From Sphagnum compactum (taxonomy: Eukaryota), in contig OZ234493.1 in NCBI GenBank assembly GCA_965153455.1, positions 10,096,213 to 10,160,212 of the forward strand: a stretch of 64,000 bases of DNA, given 5' to 3'. This document shows, one piece after another, positions 1 through 13,900 of the stretch (within the stretch, counting starts at the first letter, position 1; each line of letters opens with the position of its first letter). Position numbers and translations under genes: made by a program. A model generated the notes under the pieces. The model made no database searches. It saw only the letters and a program-made list of their open reading frames with translations, and had not been told where the DNA came from.

Positions 1-3000
1 CATACTTGCCCTCAAGGATAAATCAAACATTTTGATTTTTGCATTTTGAAATGAGATTTGTGCATGATCCCATTGGGTTTGGCCCTTGTATATTGTCTAA
101 ATACTTGCAGAATGTGGACATTTTTTTCATATTTAATTAATGCATATATGTTTCTTAAACCTTAAATAGGGGTATATATGATAGGACTCAAACTCTCCTC
201 ATGTACTACATAATTTTTGCATACGTAAAACCTTTCTTGGTGGAAAGAAAATAATGTTAATATAACTTTATTTGATGGGTAAAACCCATTAAAAAAAAAA
301 ACCCCTTATTCACAGGGATATATAAAAAACAACATACCCATAGAACCATGGTTCTAACCATTTAGGTGCACTTACTTACCCACTAAAGTGACCTAGTTTT
401 GTTTTTACGAACCCACATGACCTATTTTTGCACAGTGAAGATCACTAAGATGAAATTCTATGACATAAAAACTTGGGCACACAATAATCAAAACAAGGAA
501 CATGTATATTAAATGATAAAGCCACTTTCAGAATTACCCACTAGCTTTGAGCCTGTGGCCACCTAAATCAAAGCCAGTGGCCTCGTAAATTCTTGCCATC
601 ACCAACAAAGAAAGGCTTGAGGTCTCTAAAGGGTTTGATCTCTCTCTTTTGAGCCCACTGGCCTTCCTTCTTTTTTCAAATTTTTTAGACCACATAAACC
701 TAGAACAACATTAAACTTCCATAAGAACCCAAATCCCAGATTACATTTTGTAACATCGACCCTTGAGTCCAAATAGATTGCATAAACCAGTATTCATTAC
801 ACCACCCTTCAAATTGACAACACATAAAAAAAAGAAAACAACACAATTCAACTCCCCATTGACTACTTCACAAGTTTTACAAATAATCATAACCCCTTTA
901 TATGATCCACCTTGTAAAATTAACCTGACACACACACACATTGAGAAGATTCTAGATCGCTCTTGAGACCCCTAAGATTTTCATCATCCCCCTCGTCATC
1001 AACCTTCAAATCCACCTCCTAGTCTAAAATTTTATCTCTCAAAGTACATTGTGCAACGAATTTCTCAGTACTTCTGTTACAACCCAAAAATTTAGCCTAC
1101 CTCCCCAAAAACCTTTGGAAAACCAAAAAACATTCCCATCCCCCACTTATCTACCTTGTTGTTCTTTTTTCTTCAGCTCCACAGCGAGAGTTCCGTCGAC
1201 TCCCCCATCGCTTGGTAGCTCCCTTGCCTCACATTCAGCAAGTGTCCAATAATATCCACTCCATCTCACTCATCCCAAATAAAAGAAAACGACATAGAAA
1301 CATCAAAGCCATAAACACCACCGCATCTCCATCATTCCTTTTCCTTATCTCCATTGTTGTCGTGCGTAACCACCCCCAACCGAAAATAGGAGAAAACGTT
1401 TTTCCTTGAAACCCTAAAACTTTTTCCTATTCACATCCAAACCCTAAACTTAAAAATTTGTTACAACTCAACCTCAACTCAATTGGAGTTCATCAACAAT
1501 TAGGTAAGAACAGGCTTCAATAATTAATGGATGGTGTGGTGATGGCTGTTGCTTCCCTCTATGCCTATAGGTGCATAAGTTCTTGTTGAATCCACATGAT
1601 AGCCACCGACTCACCAATAAAGCACCCTATAATTTAGGGTTATTTAGAACATTTGCACAAAATTTCTCTAGTCAATAGAGTTATTAGTAAAGTCTTGCGA
1701 TTAGGGTGTGAGAATGACCAGTTTTGGCAGAATAGGGCATCAGGCGTGTAATTAGGAATGACAATTTTAAAAAGTGAAGTAACTGGGACCCAAACTAGTT
1801 TTTCCACCAATTTTGGTGGTAAACTGAGATTCATCCTGTCTTTCCTTACTTTGCAGATACCGCTGAAAGAGGGGATAGGGGGTGAAAGCATGCCCAAAGA
1901 CAGGGTGAAGACAGAGTGACTTTGCAGATAACTCTAATGTCAATCTTGTATTAGTTGAATATCTATAGCATATGCAATTCAGCTCAAGAACTCTAGATTT
2001 GCTATTTTATTATATCATAGCATTAAAAACAAAAACCTCTTATTTCAAGTGTTTCATAAGACATCCAAAGAGTGGCCCACCAAGATTTACCTCAATAATG
2101 CAAAAAGGTGGACAGATTTTTCACTATATCATTTTCTCATGTTGCCACAGTACTACACACAACACTTTCAGCCTTGTGCACTAGAATGCAATTCTTGGAC
2201 CTGAACACCTTGCAATTGCAAAACGTTTGGCACCATACACATAGTACACGGATGTGACCTTTGGTGCTGTACCAAAGGCCACATTGCCAATTTACAACTA
2301 GAAGTTCTTGCTGTACTTTGTGTCTAGAAGCATGCATTTATCTACAAATCTTATCTGTAATTGTACACATACAGCAAGGGGCAATCCAGAAGAGAGGACC
2401 TTAATTGACATTTGACCCAAACAGTCTCCATCCAAAAGTGAGACCAACTCTCACAAATGGGCCCAAATGTCATCGATTGCATTCGAATTATAAAAATCTG
2501 AGTTGTAGAGGACGTTAAGCTGAATCCTTCATTTTTTAAAGTATGGGATTTGGTTTAGAAATGGAAAATTGTTGCCAGCAAAACTTTAATTTTTAAAATT
2601 TTTGGGTAGCTTTAAGAAATTACAAGTTTTTGGAGAATTGGATCAAGTTTATCATATTTTATTATTATTTTAATAATAATAATAATTCTAAGGTAGACAG
2701 AGGGCATCCATATGAATGAAGTCAAAATTTACCATCCAATGTACTCTACACAAAATTATAGAGTTTCAAGCAAGGTATTTGAGCTCACCCCTCTCTGATG
2801 TTCCTCTATTTTGTATCACGAGTACATGACAAATTTTGGAAATTGGACTTGCTAAGATATTGCCTAAGCTTGAAAATTTTTGTCAATATGGTTTGAGAAA
2901 TGCAAATTGAACATCACAAAGGTGGGAAATATGGTAAGACATGTCCCCTACATCATAGGACTGATTATTTTGAACCTCACATATTGCAAGTAGGAGAAAC

Positions 3001-5169
3001 AGTGGGCTAGTGGCCCAATTTTGGCAACTTTGACATTTAAAGGCTAATCAATCAGATCTACTTGCAAATAATGATGTCGAGACCTACAAGAAATTTTCTA
3101 GTGTACTTGGAGGGAACCTTAATAGACAAAAAAATTCATTTCCAAATGCTGGATTTTGAAAAGAAAAATGTCCATTCTTGCAAGCATTTTGCTATTTGAA
3201 ATGCCTATCTTCTTTTTCATGTTTTTCCCATGATAAAATATCATGGGAAAAAATGAAAAAAAAGTTCTTGTAGGTCTTTACACTAGCTAGATAATCCCTC
3301 AGAGAGGGTATTCTTGAAATAAATGTCCGTTTGATTTTGACATTCTTGAAATGAGCACTTGCTTTACAAAGGTGAGGGGTCATTCATTAGAAGGAGGTGC
3401 AATTATGTCCACTTTGTATTGTACTAAATTTTGAATGAACTATAATATACTGATCAGGATGAAAGTGAGCAACCCTCTAATGAATGGCAACCAATAGCTA
3501 TGGACAAGTGAATTTATTAATACTTAATTTATTAAGTTATTTTTTATTTCATAACTAATTTAGGCTAAGAACTTAAATTACACATTTTGAAAACTTTTAA
3601 AAACGTAGATTAGCATAGGAATTTAGTTCACTTAGTAAGTTAAATGCAACTATGAAAGTTGAAATCTCTCCATGTCACTTTCAGGAAAAAATAAATTTTA
3701 ACCGTAGAATCATTATTTAAATAAATAAAATTATTTATCAACATATATCATTATGCACTTTTTTTTTCTTAACTTATTTTAAGTAGCTTTCCTACTTATG
3801 TTACTTCACATTACATACTTATGTTACATATTTACATAACCTATGATACTAATAGGTTATTTCGACCTATTTTCAAGTTAACATAGGTCACCCAAGGTTA
3901 GGTGCTTATGTTAGTCTTAAGCTATTCTTTTGAAATATTTAGTACAAACAAATACATTCATTAAAGGTTATATGTGAATAGTTAGCTTATATACATCTTA
4001 AAGAACAATAGGAGAATAATTCTCCACCCTAAATACTAATTATTCAGGAAATAATTCCAACACATATTTTACACTGGAATTTTTCATGGGTGCCTGTTGA
4101 GCTTACTGTTTTTTCAACCAAAAAAAAACAAAAAAAAGTCACTTTGGGCCTATTTTGAAAGATCTATGTTTGCTAAAAACAGAATCAGCAAGTGACCAAG
4201 AAGCCACCTTTTTCAAAATATTCTTTGCAAAATGATGAAAGTTAGTCACTAAATAATCACTGAGACAGAAAGAAAAGTAAACAAATTTTCAAAGTTTTGC
4301 TATATTATGGCGACCTATTTGAAACCTAATATTGTCTATGTATGGCGGTTTCAGAACTTCTTTCCTCTAAATCTGGCGACTTTTGGGTGTTGTCTTCACA
4401 AGAATATTTGATGGAACCCTGCCAAACATTTGTTTGAATTTTTTGTTTGAGTAGCACTAGATTTTTTTGGTCACCAAGGGGCCAAAATTCGCGCAAAAGA
4501 AAGGAGGTTGGTCACAGGTAAGAAATACATACTTAAGCAGTTGCAAATTAAGATACTCTTCATAAGTTAGATCATCAGGTTGATTATGTATCCATCTGGG
4601 ATTTAAGAATCAATAGATCTTTGAAATCTGCAAATAATGAAATTTTTTGTATCTTTGATCATCTATAACTATGGGAAGAAAACGAACTATTTGTTTCTGA
4701 AAGTAATGCAAAATGGTTGGTCATTTGTCTAGCTAGGGAAGTTCTACAATCTCTGTCTCTGCAAGTTTAATGTAAATGTGCATGTGTGTGTGTGTTTTTT
4801 TTAATTGCAATGTCTATACGTTGATAGCAAATGACACTTTTAATTGCAAACAATTTTTTATTTTTTTTAAATTCTTTTTACTGCACATGAAAATGCGTGC
4901 ACATACACACAGAGACACATATATATAGACAGACAGACAGACAGATCTACAGGAGTGATATACATGATGACAGACATCACTTTTTGTTACATAGATTATT
5001 GTTGGTGATGATCTAGATATAACTTGGTCGTGGTGGGAAGAAGATGATGATCCTTATCCTGAAAAGGATAATTATTATTTCTCAAAAACTTCCAAGATAA
5101 GTCTCTACATCAGCTTGCTACATTAAATAGAAAGAAAGTAGATTGGGGCCTGGAATTAGATTCATGCAG

Positions 5170-5172
<3 letters not shown>

Positions 5173-5200
<28 letters not shown>
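5173..5200. repeat. (AT)14 microsatellite
   Basis: Perfect AT dinucleotide run read directly from the sequence. Confidence 0.95.
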
Positions 5201-5203
<3 letters not shown>

Positions 5204-5711
5204 AAATGTTTACTGTTGTAGTCCTGTGAATATTTATTATCTCGAGAGCTAGCAGCTAGATCCAAGAACTTGCAGCAACAGCGACACTAAAGAAGTACTC
5301 ATTACAGTAGAAGTCCTCGGAGCCACCTAGCCAGCTAGCTGCTTCAAGATCATCTGTGACCGATCTCCAGCTGCAAAACATTAAATAAGCAGCAACAGCT
5401 CTAGCTAGTAGGCTCTCACAAGATTTGGGGTGCAGGTCAAACAAACACTGTCAGGTCTAAAAGCAAAATGCATGCTACTAGAATGAAGTTGTGCTGCATG
5501 CAGGTCAGGCCCCGGGGTAGTCTAAAGAACTGCCGGCATATATTCTGTAAGCTAGCAATTATTTTGATGTGTTGAGCTTCATGGGTGGCAGCATTGAGGG
5601 CAATGGATATAAGATGATCTGCAGACGTTGTTGTCTGATATCAGAGAGACAATCCGTCTTCCGTGCATACTGCATGCATGCAGTGAAAATTTGGACGTTG
5701 ATGATGATCAG

Positions 5712-7429
5712 CTAGGGTTCGCAGGAGCTGATCTCTCGGGAGATAGTATACGGTGGTTCGTTCTTGGCCAGCCACTCGTACACGTTGAAAACATGGGTCT
5801 GGTACATAAGTGACACCGTGACGGTATCGATGAACCAGCTGGGATCGATGCCGGCGTCGTCGTGCGAGACGTGCATGCGACAGATTTGCTGTACGCAGTC
5901 GCCAATCAACGTGAACGTATCGGTGGAGCCTTTCTGGAAGTTCCGGTTTTGACTCTTGAGTCCCACAAATAGCACCGAGCTACCCAACCTGTCGAAGAAC
6001 TCCACGTTCACGTCCGCTGTCGTCCCAGCTCCCTCTATGTTGCCTGTGGTTGTAATGATGGTGTACGTGCACTGATTGTACTGCACTTTCACAGGCAATC
6101 CATGCATGAGCCAACAACAACAACAGACTCGTGGTTAGTTAGGACATCTTTCTGTAACGCTGCTTGACCTGTAAAGCTGTGAGATGACTGTGAGCACAAC
6201 TAGTGGAAAGAACATAATGGAAAACTGTTGAGCGTTCCTAGAGTTACTAACATGATTAATTACAGATTTTCAACACACTTAGAGCTCTCCAATGGAAAGC
6301 CAATTTCCCTCCAGCAAGAAACAAGGCCCTATGTCGGAGTGGTTTTCCATTAGGCTGCTTTGATCACAGTATTGAACTGTGATCACAGCAGCATAATGGA
6401 TAGAGACTCATAGTTATAATGAAGCGCGGATGGAATAAAAGTCAGGCCTCGAGCGAGCTACCGAACCTGTTGGGATTGCAGCGAAAGGGAATGACTGACC
6501 ATTGTTGTATGCGCCACAGTGGTGGAGTTGGAGGGAGTCGAAGGGGTGTACGGCGGTGGTATATTCGTGTAGGGTCCTGCACCCACACCTGATGTGGGTG
6601 CAGGCACTGGCTGATAAGATGGTGCGAAGAAGGGTGAAGGCCCTGGCGCCAGCTGCTGGAAGGACCCGCCCGGACTAGGTGCAGGTGCGCCCACACCTGA
6701 TGGAAAGGGGTCCTGGCACTTGGAGGAGGAGCTGGAAGAAGAAGTCGGCTTTGGATCATGAAGTTCATGTAACTTCCTGCTCAAGACCACAGTCGACGCC
6801 CGTGATCTGGGTGGAGACGGAAGAGGGTAAGACTGTACCTTAGGTGGTGGACTACTGTAATTGGCCGCCGAAGGCGGTGGCTCATGACTTACATTCACAG
6901 GTACTGATGGCACTCTCGGATCTATACTATGAGGCGGTGGCTCATGACTTACATTCACAGGTACGGATGGCACTCTCGGATCTATACTATGAGGCGGCGG
7001 CGGCGGTTCATGAGCGCGCACTACATGAAGTGGCGGTGGTGCATGATGTGGATGTGGTGGTGGCGGTGCATGATGTGGTGGTGATGATGGTGGCGGCTCC
7101 CGTTGCGCAATCATTGGTGGCGACGACTGGGGTGGCGACTCATGTGCAGCAGGTGGGGGCGGCACTTCCTTCTCCAGAGGCGAATGCGGGCTGCTAGGAG
7201 TAATCGGCGAGGAAACCCATGGTGCAGAATTATTATCATTAGAACTAGAAGCAGTCGTCGTGGTCGTCATCTGGAAATCATGATGATGAGAACTACCAAT
7301 ATCCACAAGCTGGTCCACAACACGAACAGCTGCAACGAACCGAGGCTGCAGCACACCAGAACCACAGTAGTCTGAAGATGCAACAGCCATCATCCCGACT
7401 ATTAGAATGACAAACCTCCATCGACTCAT
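5712..7429 (-). CDS. Secreted Pro/His/Ser-rich protein with C-terminal PLAT/LH2 domain; exons 7429-6467 and 6080-5712, about 443 aa
   Basis: Exon 1 starts MSRWRFVILIVGMMAVASS (signal-peptide-like; an upstream in-frame ATG at 7507 is an alternative start) and continues into a Pro-rich region. Phase-0 donor CAG|GTTCGG at 6467/6466 and phase-0 acceptor TGCAG|TAC at 6081/6080 join in frame. Exon 2 reads YNQCTYTIITTTGNIEGAGTTADV...FQKGSTDTFTLIGDC..ICRMHVSHDDAGIDPSWFIDTVTV...FNVYEWL, the typical plant PLAT/LH2 pattern. Confidence 0.88.
6872..6997 (-). repeat. 60-bp in-frame tandem duplication (HEPPPHSIDPRVPSVPVNVS x2) inside the PLAT gene
   Basis: Lines 6841, 6901 and 6961 repeat at an exact 60-bp offset with about 1 mismatch. 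Confidence 0.95.
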
Positions 7430-7808
7430 ACTGTAGTTGGGAAACCACCACGACGTATTCCAGTACACAGGAACAAAGTCCACAACTGCATCATTCCTAG
7501 TCGTCATTTCAGCTGCAGATCACAACTCTGCCGGATCGGAGCTGCTGCAGCAGCTCCAGCTACAATTGGCTAGTGCAAATTGATCACACAACTTGTCACT
7601 CGATCAGCTCTGATCACTCAAATTCTCAAATCGCTGCAACGAATTCTTCAGCTGAATATTCTCTCTACAAGAAAAAAAACCTGCTGCTGCTGCACAGAAT
7701 CCAATTCACAAAACCGCGGGATCTAGAATTTCCAAAGGCAGAATCTTACACCTTCTCCAAGCCTGAAAGTTGCTCAGTCGAATGAGGAAAACAGGGAAGC
7801 AACGCCCG

Positions 7809-7887
7809 TATATATACGTAAACCAATACGTACTATATACCTAAACTGATACGTACTACATGTGTAAATCCATACGTACTCAATATG
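7809..7887 (-). promoter_or_regulatory. PLAT gene core promoter: TATA box plus three 23-bp units each carrying ATACGTACT (CGTAC/GTAC SBP-box core)
   Basis: TATATATA at 7809-7816; ATACGTACT at 7826, 7849 and 7872; about 380 bp upstream of the ATG. Confidence 0.55.
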
Positions 7888-7898
7888 GTAGGAATTGG

Positions 7899-8195
7899 CA
7901 GTTTTTTTGGAGGTGGGTGGTTGGCGGGTTTGTTTTTTTAATGGCGAAAAATGAGCATTTTTTGGGTTTTTAGTGGCCAAATTTCGACCAATTTTTTTAA
8001 TTGACTGATTTTGGTATTATGTTCCAGTGGGTTAGCAAACAATATATAAAGATGCTTACATAATTTTCTCTTTTGCATTCTGTTTTTAGCCAGATTTGGT
8101 TGAATTCTTTTTATGGATGATTAATTGCCACTTCAGAACCATCACAAAATTGGAAAAACCAAAATTTAAACGAAAATAGAAACAAAAGAGCACTG
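7899..8195. mobile_element. Non-autonomous hAT-type MITE copy (CAG...CACTG ends); related fragments near 4240-4510, 8520-8830 and 9930-10200
   Basis: Reverse-orientation similarity to the element at 29071-29361 (shared TTCCAGTGGGTTAGC, TTTAGCCAGATTTGG and GGATGAT..GCCA segments). TSD not convincing. Confidence 0.55.
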
Positions 8196-10949
8196 GTAGT
8201 AGGGACCAGGGATATATTTTTTCCAATTTCTGGATATACAAAATTTGGTGAATTTTTCCCAAAAATAACAAAATCAGTCAAATTTACACTCCAGAATAAA
8301 CTTCCAAAACTTTCCCATATTTTTGTCCAAAAACAGAAACATAGCTAGGAATCAGGACCTGGCCTTAGAGTTTATTGTAATTTAATTTTCAATGTAGGAG
8401 AGAAAATGTTAACTTCATGCAAAATGATTGGTGATGATGATCTATTTGTTGAATTCATAATTGGCATGGCATGTACTACTACTGCAGCTACTTGCAAGTT
8501 GTGCAGTGAACTGTTTGTTTTTTCTCCCCTTTCAGTTTTCTGATGTAGCATTGTTACCCCATCATCCCAAACAAAGATTTAACCTGAATTGCTGAAAAGT
8601 TTGTTAAAAACTTTTGAATCTGGAAAAAACTGATGAAAAACTGTAGAAAACAGCCCCCACACTAACTAACATGCCTGTTGAAATGTGGAGAATTTTTCTC
8701 TAAATTTTTTTTTTTCGTTTTAAATACTTGGTGATTTTTTTAAATCCAGGAATTTACAGTCGAACCTATAAGCCTTTTATTTTTTTTGAGTTTGACACTT
8801 TGCAAAAAAATTCCAGAAACAAAAAAAGTGTTGCAGTGTATATATCCAGTAGCAAATTACATGGTACATTACCATCTCGCTCTATCTATCAGGGGATATG
8901 TCACCCCTTCAAATTTCACACTTTTGTGCTTCAGATTTTGTTAAGGATGATGTATATTTATCTGTTTTCTATTTTATAGGTATGCATTGGCTTCACCCTA
9001 AGATTTAGTACTAATATTTGATGCAATGTTTATTTTTTCTTTCATTGTTTTGATTTGCAAAAGTGGTAATTTTTTTCCTGGAAAAAATATCTTCTTTTCC
9101 AAGTCTTTCTCAATCTGTTTGCAATTTGGCACCAAAAATATCACTGATTACGCAATTGAGCCACATGTTGAGTAGTTGGACTTTAAATATTGAAAAAAAA
9201 CTTTAAAAAATTAGAGATGTTTAGTTCATGTCTTCTTTGACATTAGCTGAAAAACGCGTGCAATAGTAGAATTCATGTAGTGATGGAGCTCAAGTGATGA
9301 GTATAACTTTGAACTTGACTTGCCAAGCATATGGGACTAATGCCACCTAACAGTAGATTTCATGTCTAAGTAATGTGCACAAGTGATGCATAGTTTGCCG
9401 AGCACAGGAATCCCATGTTGTTTTGTGGTTGGTAGGCCTTCCCCACCCCTCCCTTCATTCATGTACCAGTCCCATGTGGAGAGTAGGTAGATGTCTTGTA
9501 GCCGTTGTTGTGCTTGAAGGACATCATCTCTACGTACCTTTCTCCTTTGTACCTACGTCTAAGTAACACATATGGAAGTAAATTGGAAAATTCTACCTAG
9601 AATTTTCTATTATAACTACTTCTTTGGAGTGCTATTTTGATCATTTTGCTAAACACCTGAAATTCACTGCAAATTGATTTAGAAAAAAACTACTTACTGC
9701 TAATGATTAAACAAATCCTAGGAATATTTTGGGCCCACACACAATGAAGTGTGTGGTACCCACCCTTGCTGTTACAATGCTTAGGACAGACCTATCAATG
9801 ATGAAACTAGTACTCTATTGAATGATTAAGGCTCTTTAGCCACAATTTGGAACTCCAGGGTTGAAATCCGGGAATGGGTAGGGTGCAATTTTTTTTACTG
9901 TCATTGTGTTTGCATGCTTTTTACAAATTACAACCAGTGTTTTTCTTTTGGAAAATTATCATCATCACTTGGTGGCAAAAGGAAAATCCAGTGTGACTCA
10001 TACAAATTATGATCTTTGTGAAGAAAAAGTGCCAGAGTTGCCAGATTTTGAGGGAAAAAGTTATGAAATCATCGCATTAATAGGTTCCAGCAATTCGCCA
10101 AAAAAAATAGCAGGATTCTTAAGATTTTTTACTCTAACCTCTGACCTGAACCCAAATTTGGTCCCTTGAGGATGAGCCCAGTGGGACTACGACCTTCATC
10201 TATCCTAAGGAGATACAACTCACTCTTTGAAGTGGGTAGCCACCAGTGTTTGTTTTTTCATATTTGGAAATTAGCCCTAGTGGCCCCTTCTGCAGTAGCT
10301 ATGGTGCTCAAGTGGTCTAAAGTTGCAGGAGCTCTGATTGGGCTCACCCCCACAATTCTTTTATATATTTGGCTGCTAGTTAATTTGGTGGGGTGAATAT
10401 GTGGCCCCCACTCTAATTTGAACATTGAAAAGCATTTGGCTATTAAGGGATTTCTCTTGTAATTTTTATGGGGAGTATGCAATTGGATAGATGCAGATTT
10501 GGGCTAGGTGAAATAACTTATTCTCTAAATCTGGCAATTCCATGTGACATCTAATAGACTTTTTGGGCAACCAAGCAAAATGTTTGCTGGACATTGCAAA
10601 TTGCAAACAGTAAACCCAAGGACAAAACTTGCAAAAGACTTACACTAAATCAATTGAGGGGGAATTGAATCCCTAAAACTGGCCTTTCCAGCTCAACTGA
10701 CCTGCAAAATCAAACCAAATTAGGCTACATTGACGTTGCTACAGACAACAAATGTAAAAAAAAGCAAGGGAAAGAGACTCATAGCATGCTGTCATCATGG
10801 AAACAAAAGGAATTAAGCTTGGAATTCATCAGACACAAGCAAAGCCAAAAAACTTTTGCTATTACCAAAAATTGTAATGTAGATGCCTTGCAAAATTGCT
10901 ACAAGAGCTTCCTCCTCTGTAGAAGCTTTGTAGGCCTCAAATAAGATGT

Positions 10950-13900
10950 TCATTGCATCTTAGCCATCATAAGAATAACGGTGTCAAGCAAATCTCCATT
11001 GCTCAATGCATTCTTCACAATGAAAGTTCTATATAGTATAGAAATGTTGCGCAAACATGTGCACAACCAATGGCAAATGGGTGGTGAGTCTATTGTGGAG
11101 CTTGGACTTCATAAAGCCAAAGTAGAAAAATAGGGCTCATCCTCCACACTACCAACTACTTGTACTATAGCGAGCTCAACCAATTTCACATATTCTAGGA
11201 AGTTGAAAACAAGAATTCGAGATGTTGTCACAAGGCACCACATCCTGGTTAGAAGGTTTGTGTCAAAGGGAGGCCATGCATGCGCCACATTTGATTTCAT
11301 AGTCAACTTGAACATGCCCTATTGGCATTCAAGGTCATTTGCATTCAAGAGCTCAGGCACATGAACCTCCTTGTTGTTCATCTAGTGCTGAACCTTGCCA
11401 TAACAAAAAGCTCCTTTAAGAACTTCAAGGTGTTTGCCAAATGACATATCACAATATGCTTGGAGTTTATACTGGGGACACATAATGCCAAATGCATCCA
11501 TAATGGCATGAGCTAGAAACCTAATATCTAGCTCATGAATAAGTCCTTCTTTAGCCCTTGCCAAAACACAAACATATGGCAACAAGTGCAAACAAAGTTC
11601 AAACCCTCAAAATGTGAATTAGACTACAAATTCAAAAAGGCTAAGCATGTTAAACATATTTTCCAACTTTTGTAACCCCTGCCAAAGCACAAAAACAGAT
11701 GGCAAACAATTGATTAAAACCCAAAAAACAGAAAAAAAAAAAAAAACCAAAGGGGATGCAAAATTTACTTATGCATTAGTTCTTCACTAAAGACTCAACA
11801 CAAGAAATACTTCTATCACAAATGAAGTAACCATGGTCTCCAAACACTAAAAGAAATTTGGAAATAAACAACTACAATTTTAGTTGCAAAAAACAAAATT
11901 TTAGTCGTAACAAACACATGCGACTATAAACCTTATAGACGCTTTAAACAAATGGCAAAAGACAACCAATTGCAAAAAACTCCACATGGCATGTATAATT
12001 ACCCATGTAATCACATATTGCTTGCGATTGTAGGGATTTTTCATCCTTTAATTAGACGTAAGACTATGTGACTATGGATATGACTACATAATATATTGGA
12101 CAACGTTTTTTAAACAGTTAAATTTTAATTATTTAATATATTTTTAAATCACATATATTAAGTATTTTATTATATAAATAATGAAATATAATAATTCATG
12201 TTATTGATAATTTCATAAATTTTCAGCCTATGAGTTGTTAACAAGTGTCACTACCTAAGTTAAGTTAAACACTTAATTTAGGTAGTTAGGTAGGACACCT
12301 AATCTAGGTACCTAGGCCTGCGTAGGTAAGCACCTATGTTAAATAACCTAACTATGTAGGGTACATATGGTCAACATACCATCGTTGACCACAACCATGT
12401 AAGTTGTGAGGTTTGATCTTTAGACCCCAAGGATGGATATCAACTCCTTTGCCATCAAACCACTCAACTTGATGTGCAAATATAGTGGATTGCATTATAT
12501 TTAACCCATACTTGACTTTAAACATTGCACAAACCTCAATTTCAATATTTCATATTTTATTGATATGTTTCCAAATGGAAACTTTTTAAGTTGATTCTTA
12601 AAATATTTTCAATCACATACACAATTAAATATATATATATTTAAAAATGTACATTAATTTGAATTTTTTTTTTTGAATTTGTTAAATTGAATTGCATTTT
12701 GATGATCATTTGTTGGAATTTTTTTTCAAGCACATGATTTATAAATGAAAAATATTTAATAATTAATAATTTATCTCCCACATATTAATCCTTAGTTTCA
12801 TTAAAAAATTACATAATGTGATTATAACATATCATAATCTTAATTAATTCATATATAATTTTTATAAATGGATAATATATCTATCACATTTAGTAATGTT
12901 AGATAATTAATGAATTTGATCAATTTTTTAATTTTTAATTTTTACAAATATAATATATAAATTTTATCTAAAATTACGGTAAAAGTCTTATGATGAAATA
13001 AATGATATATTTCTTAGACATCTTAAACCTCTATTTGACTCAAAATATATATCATACTTGATTATGATTATAATAAGTTGTAATTTTACCAATAAACAAT
13101 TAGACACAAGTTGATTATGAAACAAATATTGTAATTCCAAAAATGCCACACATGTCTTAATCATCAAAATATTGTAAATGGAAAAAATATTGGCCCTAGT
13201 TGCCAAAACAAATATGACCAGTTGCAAAAACAATTAGGTTTTCATCCATCCAAGGATCCATTCACAATATTGGATGAAAAATGTGCACTTTCATTTTACT
13301 TTTCCATCCAAACATGTTATAATCACAAATTATAGTCACATTTGTGACTTCATTCAATTAAGTCAACACTATAGTCACATATGACTACAATATTCGCATA
13401 TATGACTACACACATTTACAATTAAAATGATATGTACGAATAACCCAACTATAGTTGTGAAAGTAGTTGATTTAGACACTAGTCACATCTATAGTCATAA
13501 CCATATGGTTGGAATGGACAAGATTTCTTTTAGTGAAATCCCAATGCACAACTTAAATGTGTTGGCTAGAAACTTCAAATGCCAAGTGGCAAATTCTAGT
13601 GTTAACATCTAATACCCACCACATCTGGATATTTTCATGTTTGCATTCAAGTAAACTAAAGGCTTAAAAAAACTTGGAGTTTTCATCACAATACATATTG
13701 AAAAGATTAGTTTGATAAACATTAATAACTGCCACATGGTAACAAACAAACACATCTCACATTTGGGCAAACTTGATGAGAACATGAACAAATTCCAACA
13801 AGGGCAAAATGCATGACAACTCCAATAGAATTTGTAAATCACACAAGTGCTCACAATTGAACTTTGCTTGGTGATTTGTAAAGTTATCCATAGCCATTTT

